From the IMG/VR virus record IMGVR_UViG_3300022594_000001: a DNA stretch of 64,000 nucleotides, one strand, 5' to 3'. A program made the translations under genes and the position numbers. The notes beneath the pieces were generated by a model. The model was not told where the DNA came from and did not search any database. It worked only from the letters and a program-made list of their open reading frames with translations. Shown here piece by piece: positions 9,778 to 17,735 of this stretch (position 1 is its first letter; each line of letters starts with the position of its first letter). Source of the DNA: a virus. Its lineage: Duplodnaviria > Caudoviricetes.

Positions 9778-10272
9778 ATGCGCCTAGATCAATTTAGCAA
9801 TCCCGTCTTTAACGAACAAGATATTTTTGAAGCCTTGTACAAAGGACATAACATCTCTGGCGAAATGTTTGTTGACAAAACTACATCAACTAAATCTCTC
9901 GAAAAAACAGCTGGGTTCAATTTCTGGTTACCGTTAGATAACTATGACTTATCCCTAAGTGACTACGATGCCGCAATGCAAGCTGATTGGAACATGCCCG
10001 ACGGCTATAAAAATATGGATATCGAGGAATGGCTTTATAGTCAAGGCGGTAATAATGTAAGAGTTCGTGAAGAATTAGACGCATTTAAAGAACGAAATAT
10101 GCTAGACTTGCTACGTTGGCTTAAATATTTCGTAGATACTTGCGAAAAAGAAGGAATTGTATGGGGTGTAGGGCGCGGGTCAAGTGTAGCTAGCTATGTA
10201 CTTTACTTGTTAGGCGTTCACAGCATAGATCCTATCAAATATAATTTAGACTGGCAGGAATTCCTGAGATAA
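9778..10272 (+). CDS. stand-alone fragment homologous to the DNA polymerase III alpha subunit (DnaE) palm region
   Basis: RVREEL...GIVWGVGRGSSVASYVLYLLGVHSIDPIKYNLDWQEFLR matches the DnaE GxGRGSxxxSxxxYxLGIxxxDPxxxxLxFxRFL block; stops before the PDxD catalytic motif. Confidence 0.75.
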   Translation: MRLDQFSNPVFNEQDIFEALYKGHNISGEMFVDKTTSTKSLEKTAGFNFWLPLDNYDLSLSDYDAAMQADWNMPDGYKNMDIEEWLYSQGGNNVRVREELDAFKERNMLDLLRWLKYFVDTCEKEGIVWGVGRGSSVASYVLYLLGVHSIDPIKYNLDWQEFLR

Positions 10273-10291
10273 GTACTATTATAATCGAGGA
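10270..10291 (+). promoter_or_regulatory. late-type box TAAGTA plus TATAAT and SD
   Basis: TAAGTA 10270-10275, TATAAT 10280-10285, GAGGAG RBS before the ATG at 10299. Confidence 0.45.
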
Positions 10292-10298
10292 GATTAAT

Positions 10299-10559
10299 AT
10301 GGCAATGAAAGAACAACAAAGACAAGTTTACCGCAGTATGCAGGGTAAAGAAGTAGATATGCATAAACTTGTTATGCAAAACGAAATGACTGTTGCAGTG
10401 GGCAACGTAAAAGTTAATGCTCGCGGAGACGAACTAGGCCCAGGCGGACAAATTATCCGTAAGCGCGAAGAAGTTTTAGCTGCGGCTACTAATGCAGTAC
10501 CTGCACAAAACAGTCAACGCAAAAACATCGACAATATGGACCCAGAAGGTAACGAATGA
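10299..10559 (+). CDS. hypothetical protein
   Basis: 86-aa ORF with a strong GAGGAG RBS. Confidence 0.65.
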   Translation: MAMKEQQRQVYRSMQGKEVDMHKLVMQNEMTVAVGNVKVNARGDELGPGGQIIRKREEVLAAATNAVPAQNSQRKNIDNMDPEGNE

Positions 10560-10954
10560 GAGCACAAGCAAGTAAACTAAGGCCAATTCAATCTCATATC
10601 TTAGTTAGAGATATGAACTTTGCTGATCAACGAACGGCTAGTGGAATATATATCCCTAGCGATGACGGTAAGTCAGAGGGTGTTAAACCTCGTTGGGCTA
10701 GAGTATTTGCAATAGGTCCAGATCAAACCGAAGTTAAAGTCGGTGAATGGATCCTAGTAGAGCATGGTCGCTGGACACGAGGTTTAGAAGTAGAAGAAGA
10801 CGACGGAACTAAGTTTACTATCTGGAGAGTTGATCCAAATGGCATCATGATGTCAGCAGATGAACGCCCAGCTGGTCCGGAGTTTGGACAATTTGTAAGT
10901 CCAGAACACGGTTCCGTTCATAACCCACAAGACTTTATTCAACCTAGACTGTAA
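10556..10954 (+). CDS. groES: GroES-family co-chaperonin (phage gp31-like)
   Basis: LRPIQSHILV...RTASGIYIP...ARVFAIGP...VKVGEWIL. Confidence 0.8.
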   Translation: MRAQASKLRPIQSHILVRDMNFADQRTASGIYIPSDDGKSEGVKPRWARVFAIGPDQTEVKVGEWILVEHGRWTRGLEVEEDDGTKFTIWRVDPNGIMMSADERPAGPEFGQFVSPEHGSVHNPQDFIQPRL

Positions 10955-10978
10955 TTAGTCATTTGAGTATCAGGGCAC

Positions 10979-11007
10979 TTGACATGCCCTGTTCTCTCCT
11001 TTATACT
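10979..11007 (+). promoter_or_regulatory. sigma70-type promoter with flanking inverted repeats
   Basis: TTGACA-17bp-TATACT; CAGGGCA/TGCCCTG repeat around the -35 and TCTCCTTT/AAAGGAGA repeat around the -10. Confidence 0.75.
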
Positions 11008-11026
11008 ACACAAAAGGAGAAATCTT

Positions 11027-11260
11027 ATGAGCACATTTACAGAAGCAGTAGAAGATATTAAAAAAGCAAAAAGCGTTTTAGAAACACAGCCAACCGAAGT
11101 TGCTAAACATCCAGATCCAAAAAAACATCTATATATTAGCCTTGCTAAGAGCTTTATTAGAATTGTAGCAGGTGTTACGCTTGTAGTAGGATTTCCCGTA
11201 TGGTGTGGTGTCGGACTTATCGCTGCCGAAGTACTTGGCATTTTTGAGGAACTAGTATGA
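11027..11260 (+). CDS. small membrane protein (start reassigned to ATG 11027)
   Basis: AAGGAGA RBS 7 nt upstream; hydrophobic C-terminal half. Confidence 0.6.
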   Translation: MSTFTEAVEDIKKAKSVLETQPTEVAKHPDPKKHLYISLAKSFIRIVAGVTLVVGFPVWCGVGLIAAEVLGIFEELV

Positions 11261-12171
11261 GAGAACTTTGGGTAGAAAAATATCGCCCTAAAACAATTGA
11301 TGGTTACGTGTTTAGAGACGACCATCAAAAAAATCAAGTTAAACAATGGATTAAAGAAGGAACTATTCCGCATTTACTCTTTAGTGGCAATGCCGGAATT
11401 GGTAAAACTACCCTCGCTAAAATTCTATTCAATGAATTAGAAATTAACGATTTAGATATTTTAGAAATTAACGCATCACGTACTAACTCCGTTGATGATG
11501 TTCGTGATAAAATTGTTAACTTTGTACAAATGATTCCATTTGGAGATTTTAAAGTAGTGTTGCTAGACGAAGCAGATTACTTGTCGCAAAACGCTCAAGC
11601 AGCACTTCGTGGTGTTATGGAAGAATACCATACTACAGCAAGATTTATTCTAACTTGTAATTATCCAAACAAGATTATTCCAGCATTACACAGTCGATGT
11701 CAAGGATTTCACATTGCTAAGGTTGATCAAAACGAATTTACTGCCCGTGTTGCAGAAATTTTAATTACTGAAGAAGTTGAATTTGGTATCGATACCTTAG
11801 ATACCTTTGTTAAAGCAACATATCCAGACTTGCGTAAATGTATTAATATGGTTCAAATGAATAGTATGGATGGTACCTTGCATACACCAGAAAGAGGTGA
11901 TAGCGGAACTACTGACTATAAACTAGAAATGGTTGAGCTATTCAAGGCTGGAAAAATTAAAGAAGGTCGTAAACTAGTTTGCGCACAAGCTCGCCCAGAG
12001 GAGATGGAAGAAATCTATCGCTGGCTATACGATAACATTGAAATTTTTGGCGAAGAAACAAAGCAAGAAAAAGCTATTTTAATTATTAAAGAAGGTATTC
12101 GAGATCACGGACTAGTAATTGACGGTGAGATTAACCTTGCAGCAACTTTAGTTAAATTATCGTTTTTATGA
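11257..12171 (+). CDS. clamp loader AAA+ subunit (T4 gp44 / RFC small subunit)
   Basis: WVEKYRP, Walker A GNAGIGKT, DEAD, SRC motif. Confidence 0.92.
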   Translation: MRELWVEKYRPKTIDGYVFRDDHQKNQVKQWIKEGTIPHLLFSGNAGIGKTTLAKILFNELEINDLDILEINASRTNSVDDVRDKIVNFVQMIPFGDFKVVLLDEADYLSQNAQAALRGVMEEYHTTARFILTCNYPNKIIPALHSRCQGFHIAKVDQNEFTARVAEILITEEVEFGIDTLDTFVKATYPDLRKCINMVQMNSMDGTLHTPERGDSGTTDYKLEMVELFKAGKIKEGRKLVCAQARPEEMEEIYRWLYDNIEIFGEETKQEKAILIIKEGIRDHGLVIDGEINLAATLVKLSFL

Positions 12172-12620
12172 AACAAAAGTTAAAACAAGCATATATGAAA
12201 ACTGCGGAAACATTCGCAGAACTTAGTCATGCTCGTCGCTTACATGTTGGCGCTATTGTAGTTAAGGATGATAGAATTATCTCTATCGGCTACAACGGTA
12301 TGCCAGCAGGTTGGGACAACAACTGCGAGTTTGAAATCTACGAAGAAAACGGAGACGATGAACCTGAAGTTATCTTAAAAACTAGACCCGAGGTATTACA
12401 TGCAGAAACTAACGCCATTGCGAAACTTGCTAGAAGTAACGAGTCTGGTCTCGATGGGGATCTATTTGTCACTCATGCTCCTTGCTTGGACTGTGCCAAA
12501 CTTATCTACCAATCAGGTATTAAACGAGTATGGTATCGTACTGCTTATAGGGATAATGCCGGGGTGGATTTCCTTAAGGCTTCGCAGGTCAGAGTTGAAC
12601 AATTAGAAAAGGACGCATAA
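12168..12620 (+). CDS. dCMP deaminase
   Basis: HAETNA and PCLDC zinc motifs, GYNG. Confidence 0.9.
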   Translation: MKQKLKQAYMKTAETFAELSHARRLHVGAIVVKDDRIISIGYNGMPAGWDNNCEFEIYEENGDDEPEVILKTRPEVLHAETNAIAKLARSNESGLDGDLFVTHAPCLDCAKLIYQSGIKRVWYRTAYRDNAGVDFLKASQVRVEQLEKDA

Positions 12621-12633
12621 AGCGTCCTTTTTT
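12607..12633. terminator. bidirectional intrinsic terminator between convergent dCMP deaminase and phoH
   Basis: AAAAGGACGC-ATAAA-GCGTCCTTTT, T-tract on + and A-tract (T on -). Confidence 0.75.
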
Positions 12634-12638
12634 GTTAG

Positions 12639-13358
12639 TTAGTTATCACCGTAAATTGCTAGGATCTCCTTGACAGCATCGTGTCGTTCAATGTCTTTAG
12701 CGTCAAACTGTACTATGTCAATGTGACGCATACCTGGCTTGTCTGCTAGCAGATTGCAGAAATTGATCAAACCATTATCGTTTAATCTATCTGCTTGTGC
12801 TAAGTCCCCTGTTACAACCATCTTGCTACCTTCGCCTAGGCGAGTTAATAACATTTTCATTTGGTTTACAGTAGTATTCTGACATTCGTCTGCAATGATG
12901 TACGCATTTTTAAACGTACGGCCTCGCATGTAGGCTAGCGGGCTTATTTCAATCACTCCTTCATCAAGCATTTTGTTGATGTCTTGTTGTTTATAATACT
13001 CAAGGAAGACGTCGAATATAGGGCGTGTCCATGGAGCCATTTTTTCATTAAGCGTACCTGGCAAAAATCCTAGATCCTCATCTACGGAAACGGCGGGTCT
13101 TGTGACTACGATCTTGTCTACAATTCCTTCCTGGAATAACTTAATCCCGTGTTGCACCGCAAGCATTGTTTTACCCGTGCCAGCTGGCCCGATAGCGAAA
13201 ACAATACTCTTGCTTTCATCGTTTAGCTTGCTTAGATATACTTTTTGGTTGGGATTTCGTGCGCTGATTACGACACGTTGCTTCTTCTGCGGAAGATATG
13301 GTTCAAAATCAATTACTTTAACGTCTGATGTGAAGCGTTTTTTCACTCTTTTACTCAT
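12639..13358 (-). CDS. phoH: PhoH-family ATPase
   Basis: GPAGTGKT, TRPAV, LGFLPG, YMRGRTF, DECQN, GDLAQAD. Confidence 0.93.
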   Translation of the reverse strand: MSKRVKKRFTSDVKVIDFEPYLPQKKQRVVISARNPNQKVYLSKLNDESKSIVFAIGPAGTGKTMLAVQHGIKLFQEGIVDKIVVTRPAVSVDEDLGFLPGTLNEKMAPWTRPIFDVFLEYYKQQDINKMLDEGVIEISPLAYMRGRTFKNAYIIADECQNTTVNQMKMLLTRLGEGSKMVVTGDLAQADRLNDNGLINFCNLLADKPGMRHIDIVQFDAKDIERHDAVKEILAIYGDN

Positions 13359-13386
13359 CGTAGTTTTTCTCCTACTCTACATGAAA

Positions 13387-13430
13387 GCAGGACTTGTAGT
13401 GACCGCCTTTGATAACTACAGAGGTCCTAC
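13387..13430 (-). ncRNA. candidate structured 5' leader of phoH
   Basis: GUAGGAC/GUCCUGC and UGUAGU/ACUACA stacked helices beginning ~5 nt after a TAAATA box (13436-13441, -). Confidence 0.4.
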
Positions 13431-13435
13431 ACTAT

Positions 13436-13441
13436 TATTTA
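13436..13441 (-). promoter_or_regulatory. late-type promoter box for phoH
   Basis: TAAATA on the minus strand. Confidence 0.5.
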
Positions 13442-13489
13442 CATAAATGAGTCCAAAAGTAATCTGATATGGTATGATTTTAATCCAGC

Positions 13490-13495
13490 TAAATA
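13490..13495 (+). promoter_or_regulatory. late-type promoter box
   Basis: TAAATA 25 nt upstream of the ATG at 13521. Confidence 0.5.
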
Positions 13496-13520
13496 AGAGT
13501 ACAGAATTCCGGGAATTATC

Positions 13521-14099
13521 ATGCACGATATTTTAGACATTATACGCAACATTGACGACTTATACGAGAACAATACTAACTTGTCCGTACTAAAAGACTT
13601 TGAACGAGTATTAGACGAACTAGACGTTTACGTTTACGAGAACTGGGAAGAAGGCGAATTAGCCTATGGCCCTAAAGTAGACCGTCATTGGATCACTGCT
13701 GGCTTTATGTGGGAAGAAAAGAAAATGCCTAATCCTATTGCTGCAAAGCGATTAATGGAACTAGGTTGCAAGGTTAACTATAAAAAGTCACATCTTGTAG
13801 AAGCTCGTCCTATTCGTCAACAAACAGATTTACGTCCAGGTACAAAGAAAGGCAAACTTGATCATAAGCCTATTTGGATTGTAGAAATTCAAATGCCAAA
13901 GAAAATTGCATTTGACATTTACAAAGGTTACATGGACAAACTTAAAAACGATTACATGGAGAATAATGCTCCATCAAATGGAACTCCACTTCCAGCAGCA
14001 CCGGGCGGAGCAGCACCAGCAGCACCAGGCGGAGCAGCACCAGCAGCACCAGCAGGCGCACCACCAGCAGCAGGAGCGGCACCAGCGCCGGCAGTTTAA
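13521..14099 (+). CDS. hypothetical protein with Pro/Ala-rich tail
   Basis: 192-aa ORF; PAAPGGAA repeats at the C-terminus. Confidence 0.7.
   Translation: MHDILDIIRNIDDLYENNTNLSVLKDFERVLDELDVYVYENWEEGELAYGPKVDRHWITAGFMWEEKKMPNPIAAKRLMELGCKVNYKKSHLVEARPIRQQTDLRPGTKKGKLDHKPIWIVEIQMPKKIAFDIYKGYMDKLKNDYMENNAPSNGTPLPAAPGGAAPAAPGGAAPAAPAGAPPAAGAAPAPAV
13992..14039 (+). repeat. 24-bp coding tandem repeat (2 copies plus a degenerate third)
   Basis: ccagcagcacc(g/a)ggcggagcagca x2 encoding PAAPGGAA. Confidence 0.8.
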
Positions 14100-14100
14100 T

Positions 14101-14835
14101 ATGACAAAGATTAATGAAAGCCTTCGCGCTGATGACCTAAGACACTTTGTTAAAAGTGTTTTTGAAATCGACAGCTACCAAAGTAAAATCGGCGATGATC
14201 AAGATATTGTCACTTTAAGTTTTACAGTCGACGGAGAAGATCCTGCATCAGACTTAGAACATTTTATCGAAATGGGGTTTGATTATGTACTAGATGCCGA
14301 TGTTAGTCCGGGCGAACTAGATGATGGCAAATATCGTGTTTACGTAGAACTAGAGCGCAATCGTCATGTTGGTAAACAAATTAGAGAAATATTAGACGGA
14401 ATTGAAAAATTAACAGGCGAAGATGACATGCGTTTTCGTTGGTTTAAAAGTTTTCGTAGTCAGGCTGCTACATTAGAAAATCTCGATGCAGCAATACCTG
14501 CTAACCCTAAAGACTACAAACTTGCAACTGAACAACACAGTTTAAATAATTTTAGTAATTTTTTTAGCAACAGTTATGCAGATGAATTAAATGTAGTTGG
14601 CGAGTCAATTAGTTTTAAAAGATTAAATGGCGATACTGTTAATTTTAATATTGTTGCAAGTGGACCAAAGAGTTATGTGTATGAAACCTTAACTGGCCCA
14701 ATTATGTTAGAAAGTAAAGATGTAGCAGAGTCTATATTCCTTACAAAATATATTGGAAACTACAACATTACTAAAGTAGGTAACACATTCGTATTTGAAC
14801 GCAGCGGCTGGGCCGTGGCACTTGAAAGGAAATAA
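14101..14835 (+). CDS. hypothetical protein (start reassigned to ATG 14101, MTKINE)
   Basis: Directly follows the 14099 stop; the upstream in-frame extension is an off-frame reading of the Pro/Ala repeat. Confidence 0.65.
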   Translation: MTKINESLRADDLRHFVKSVFEIDSYQSKIGDDQDIVTLSFTVDGEDPASDLEHFIEMGFDYVLDADVSPGELDDGKYRVYVELERNRHVGKQIREILDGIEKLTGEDDMRFRWFKSFRSQAATLENLDAAIPANPKDYKLATEQHSLNNFSNFFSNSYADELNVVGESISFKRLNGDTVNFNIVASGPKSYVYETLTGPIMLESKDVAESIFLTKYIGNYNITKVGNTFVFERSGWAVALERK

Positions 14836-14837
14836 TT

Positions 14838-15470
14838 ATGGCAGACGGATTTAATTTTGATTTTACATTTGAAAAATTTAAAGCATGTGTTGGAAACCCA
14901 CCAAATGCTGAACACTGGTACGAAGCATTGTGCGACGTACTTCCCGACTACGATATTAACACAGTACCACGTGTAGCAGCTTTCTTAGCGCAAACTGCAC
15001 ATGAGTCAGGCGGATACCGTGCAATCAAAGAAAACTTAAATTACAAAGCAGAAAGTCTTTGCCGTGTATGGCCAAGATATTTTCCAGATGCTGCTACTGC
15101 TCAACAATACGCACAGCAACCAGAGCGCATTGCTAACAGAGCATATGCTAATCGTATGGGCAATGGTCCAGAAGAATCTGGAGATGGATGGAAGTTCTGC
15201 GGACGTGGACTTATTCAGTTAACTGGTAAGGACAACTATTCACGTTACGCACAAGCAACTGAACAAACATTAGACGAAGCTAGCGAACATTTAACAACTT
15301 TTGAAGGTTGCGTACAATCAGCGGCTTGGTTCTGGGAAGCTAACAACTTAAACCAATTTGCAGATAGCGGAGACATCCTAACAATGACTAAACGTATTAA
15401 CGGTGGTACATTAGGATTAGAGGATCGTCAGCATCATTATCAAAACGCTATTCGAGTCCTAGGCGGTTAA
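14838..15470 (+). CDS. glycoside hydrolase family 19 endolysin
   Basis: AAFLAQTAHESGG, ENLNY, GRGLIQLTGKDNY, SAAWFW, TKRINGG. Confidence 0.9.
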   Translation: MADGFNFDFTFEKFKACVGNPPNAEHWYEALCDVLPDYDINTVPRVAAFLAQTAHESGGYRAIKENLNYKAESLCRVWPRYFPDAATAQQYAQQPERIANRAYANRMGNGPEESGDGWKFCGRGLIQLTGKDNYSRYAQATEQTLDEASEHLTTFEGCVQSAAWFWEANNLNQFADSGDILTMTKRINGGTLGLEDRQHHYQNAIRVLGG

Positions 15471-15471
15471 C

Positions 15472-15942
15472 ATGCATCAGATTAGCTGGATGTTGAGCTT
15501 AATTCCAGATGCAGTATTAAACTGGGTTTATTGGGCAATTATTGCCGTAGGTCTTACAGGTGTATTTGCCGGCTGGTTTGGTAAATTCATCCCGTTTTAC
15601 GGAAAATATGTACAATTTTTAAAACCAATAGGTATTGTATTGCTAGTGCTAGGTGTTTGGTTACGAGGCGGATACGATACCGAAATGGCTTGGCGAGCTA
15701 AGGTCGAAGAGGCAGAAGCTAAAGTTGCCAAGGCTGAAGAAGCTAGCAAGGATGCCAATACTAAATTAGCAGACGAGCGTAGCAAAAAATCTAAAGTTCG
15801 TACAGAATACATTACAACAGTTAAAGAGCGAATTGTTAAAGACACACAGATAATTGACTCGGAGTGTAAAGTTGCACCTGAAGCAATTAAAGATTTAAAT
15901 GACGCTGCTATAAACCCTGCTAAAAAGGAGATTACAAAATGA
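15472..15942 (+). CDS. inner-membrane spanin (Rz-like)
   Basis: N-terminal TM segments followed by a long coiled coil and a single C-terminal Cys; follows the endolysin. Confidence 0.65.
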   Translation: MHQISWMLSLIPDAVLNWVYWAIIAVGLTGVFAGWFGKFIPFYGKYVQFLKPIGIVLLVLGVWLRGGYDTEMAWRAKVEEAEAKVAKAEEASKDANTKLADERSKKSKVRTEYITTVKERIVKDTQIIDSECKVAPEAIKDLNDAAINPAKKEITK

Positions 15943-16202
15943 ATCGACTTTTAGCAATTATGTTAATAGCAGTACTAGGGGGCTGCACTAGTGTCCCTGT
16001 AACAATGAAATTTCCCGATGTTCCGGCAGACATGCTAGAAGCTTGTCCTGATTTAAAACCTGTACCAGATACTACTAAATTGAGCGAAGTATTACCTGTT
16101 GTTGCAGACAATTATAAGCAATATTATGATTGTAAAGATAACACAGATAGCTGGATAGAATGGTACAAAACCCAAAAGAAGATATTCGACAGCGTGAAAT
16201 AA
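15939..16202 (+). CDS. outer-membrane lipoprotein spanin (Rz1-like)
   Basis: Signal peptide with lipobox VLGGC, Pro-rich mature region, overlaps the i-spanin stop. Confidence 0.7.
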   Translation: MNRLLAIMLIAVLGGCTSVPVTMKFPDVPADMLEACPDLKPVPDTTKLSEVLPVVADNYKQYYDCKDNTDSWIEWYKTQKKIFDSVK

Positions 16203-16205
16203 ATA
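16200..16205 (+). promoter_or_regulatory. late-type promoter box
   Basis: TAAATA upstream of the ATG at 16236. Confidence 0.5.
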
Positions 16206-16235
16206 CGTATATAACAGCCAAAAAGGAGCGAACTA

Positions 16236-16799
16236 ATGGCACTTATAGATTCAGTTTTAAATTTAATTAACAAACAACCAAAAGATCCGGATGCACTAAA
16301 GCCTCCAGTTGGATCGCGTAGTGAGCGTGAAGCTAAACTAAAAGACAAAGCAGGTATGGTTATTTCCATATTTGCATTGTTACTAGCAGTTAACGCATGG
16401 TACGGTGGCAAATTATCTAGCATAGTATTAAACAATACACTAGGTGCTAACAACACGTGGGCGCAATATCAAGCTAAAGCAGGACGAGGCGTTAGCTACG
16501 AGATTGCATCTAAAACAACCAACGATCCAAAACTAAAAGCAGAATTCCTGGCGGAAAAAGAACGCATGGATGCTGAGAAAAAAGAGATTGCTGAGCGAGC
16601 AAAAGCAATGGAACACGAGCGTGAGATTGCTAAAAAATCTAGTCCATGGATTGGTTATGCTTCAACAGCATATCAGTTAGCTATTGTTGTTCTATCAGCA
16701 AGTATTCTTGCAGTTAGCATGGCAATGTTCTGGGGTAGTTTTGTAGTGGCAGGTCTAGGACTAGTATTAAGCCTTAACGGCTTATTCCTTTGGTTCTAA
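16236..16799 (+). CDS. membrane protein, DUF4337-like
   Basis: TM-coiled coil-TM-TM layout, WAQYQAK motif. Confidence 0.55.
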   Translation: MALIDSVLNLINKQPKDPDALKPPVGSRSEREAKLKDKAGMVISIFALLLAVNAWYGGKLSSIVLNNTLGANNTWAQYQAKAGRGVSYEIASKTTNDPKLKAEFLAEKERMDAEKKEIAERAKAMEHEREIAKKSSPWIGYASTAYQLAIVVLSASILAVSMAMFWGSFVVAGLGLVLSLNGLFLWF

Positions 16800-16825
16800 A
16801 GTAAGACAAACAGGAGCGAAATAAA

Positions 16826-17482
16826 ATGGCAGAAGAAAAAGATAGCGGCGGAGCCGAATGGATGCAAAAACTATGGCGTCCAGCAATGGGTTGGATGTAC
16901 ATGCTAATCTGTTTATTAGATATGGCAGTGTTTCCAGTCTTATGGTCATTGCTACAAGCAATGATGCACATGCCAATTACACAATGGAATCCACTAACAC
17001 TGCAAGGTGCCGGTTTATTCCACATTGCAATGGGTGCGGTATTAGGTATTAGTGCGTTTGGTCGTACACAAGAAAAACTAGCAGGAACAGCAGCTAATCC
17101 AACAGCAACAAGTCAAATAGTTACTAACAATCAAAACATGACTGGTAACGTAGCTGGTGGTTTTGGTAGCAACCAAGGCGGCGGAATGGGCGGGGGCTTT
17201 GGTGGTTCAACAGGCGGATTTGGAGGAGCAAGTAATGGCGGATTCGGTTCATCATCAGGCGGGGCTTCAGCATTTGGCGCACCTGCAGCAGGAGGCTTCG
17301 GCTCAACCAGCGGTGGTTTTGGGGCAACAACATCTCCAGCACCAGCAGCGGGTGGCTTTGGCGGAGGCGGGTTTGGAGGCGCACCTGCAACACCTTCGTT
17401 CGGAGGAGCAGCAACAGCAGCACCAGCAGTGACAGCAAGCGGTAAGAAAATAGTTCCTACCGATCCTGATCCTGTACTATAA
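16826..17482 (+). CDS. holin-like membrane protein (GTA 3TM-holin-like) with Gly/Phe-rich disordered tail
   Basis: WRPAMGWMY and FHIAMGAVLGISAFGRTQEK motifs, two to three hydrophobic segments; located in the lysis cassette. Confidence 0.6.
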   Translation: MAEEKDSGGAEWMQKLWRPAMGWMYMLICLLDMAVFPVLWSLLQAMMHMPITQWNPLTLQGAGLFHIAMGAVLGISAFGRTQEKLAGTAANPTATSQIVTNNQNMTGNVAGGFGSNQGGGMGGGFGGSTGGFGGASNGGFGSSSGGASAFGAPAAGGFGSTSGGFGATTSPAPAAGGFGGGGFGGAPATPSFGGAATAAPAVTASGKKIVPTDPDPVL

Positions 17483-17492
17483 GGAAAACAAA

Positions 17493-17672
17493 ATGAAAAA
17501 ATTATTAGCATTATTAATTGTAGGCATCTTTGCTAGCACAGCATACGCCGGTGGTGAATCAAAAAAGGTTTGCGAAACTAATCCAAAAACAAAAAAGGAA
17601 GTTTGCAAAACTATTAAAGTTCATAAGAAAGTAGAAGGCGACAAAGTACCAGACGCAGCTAAAAAGAAATAA
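17493..17672 (+). CDS. 59-aa exported basic peptide (not in the ORF track)
   Basis: AAGGA RBS; MKKLLALLIVGIFASTAYA signal peptide, then a Lys-rich region with two Cys; TAA at 17670-17672. Confidence 0.7.
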   Translation: MKKLLALLIVGIFASTAYAGGESKKVCETNPKTKKEVCKTIKVHKKVEGDKVPDAAKKK

Positions 17673-17682
17673 TTTTTAGCAC

Positions 17683-17711
17683 TTGACAGGTCCAATTAAA
17701 TAGTGTACTAT
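17683..17711 (+). promoter_or_regulatory. sigma70-type promoter for the dnaJ-def-clpA operon, with nested TAAATA and a 10-bp inverted repeat
   Basis: TTGACA-17bp-TACTAT; TAAATA 17697-17702; ACAGGTCCAA (17686-95) / TTGGACCTGT (17722-31). Confidence 0.65.
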
Positions 17712-17735
17712 ACATTATTATTTGGACCTGTTCTT

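Noticed and set aside
10255-10300. Frameshift or readthrough extending the DnaE fragment; CAGGAATTCCTG palindrome
   Set aside because: Stop is followed by further stops and by the promoter and RBS of the next gene; no PDxD in any downstream frame; a 12-bp palindrome alone is not informative
13906-14100. Gln/His-rich N-terminal extension of the 13906 ORF
   Set aside because: Off-frame reading of the PAAPGGAA repeat of the upstream gene; real start is likely 14101
17124-17511. Long antisense and alternative-frame ORFs over the holin tail (including a Pro-rich 126-aa ORF)
   Set aside because: Shadow ORFs caused by the GC-rich low-complexity Gly/Ala codons; no RBS or promoter
17676-17700. TTAGCACT upstream of dnaJ, resembling the left arm of a CIRCE (HrcA) operator
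   Set aside because: The right arm GAGTGCTAA is absent 9 nt downstream; GCACTTGACA also occurs at the 10979 promoter, so it is more likely -35 context
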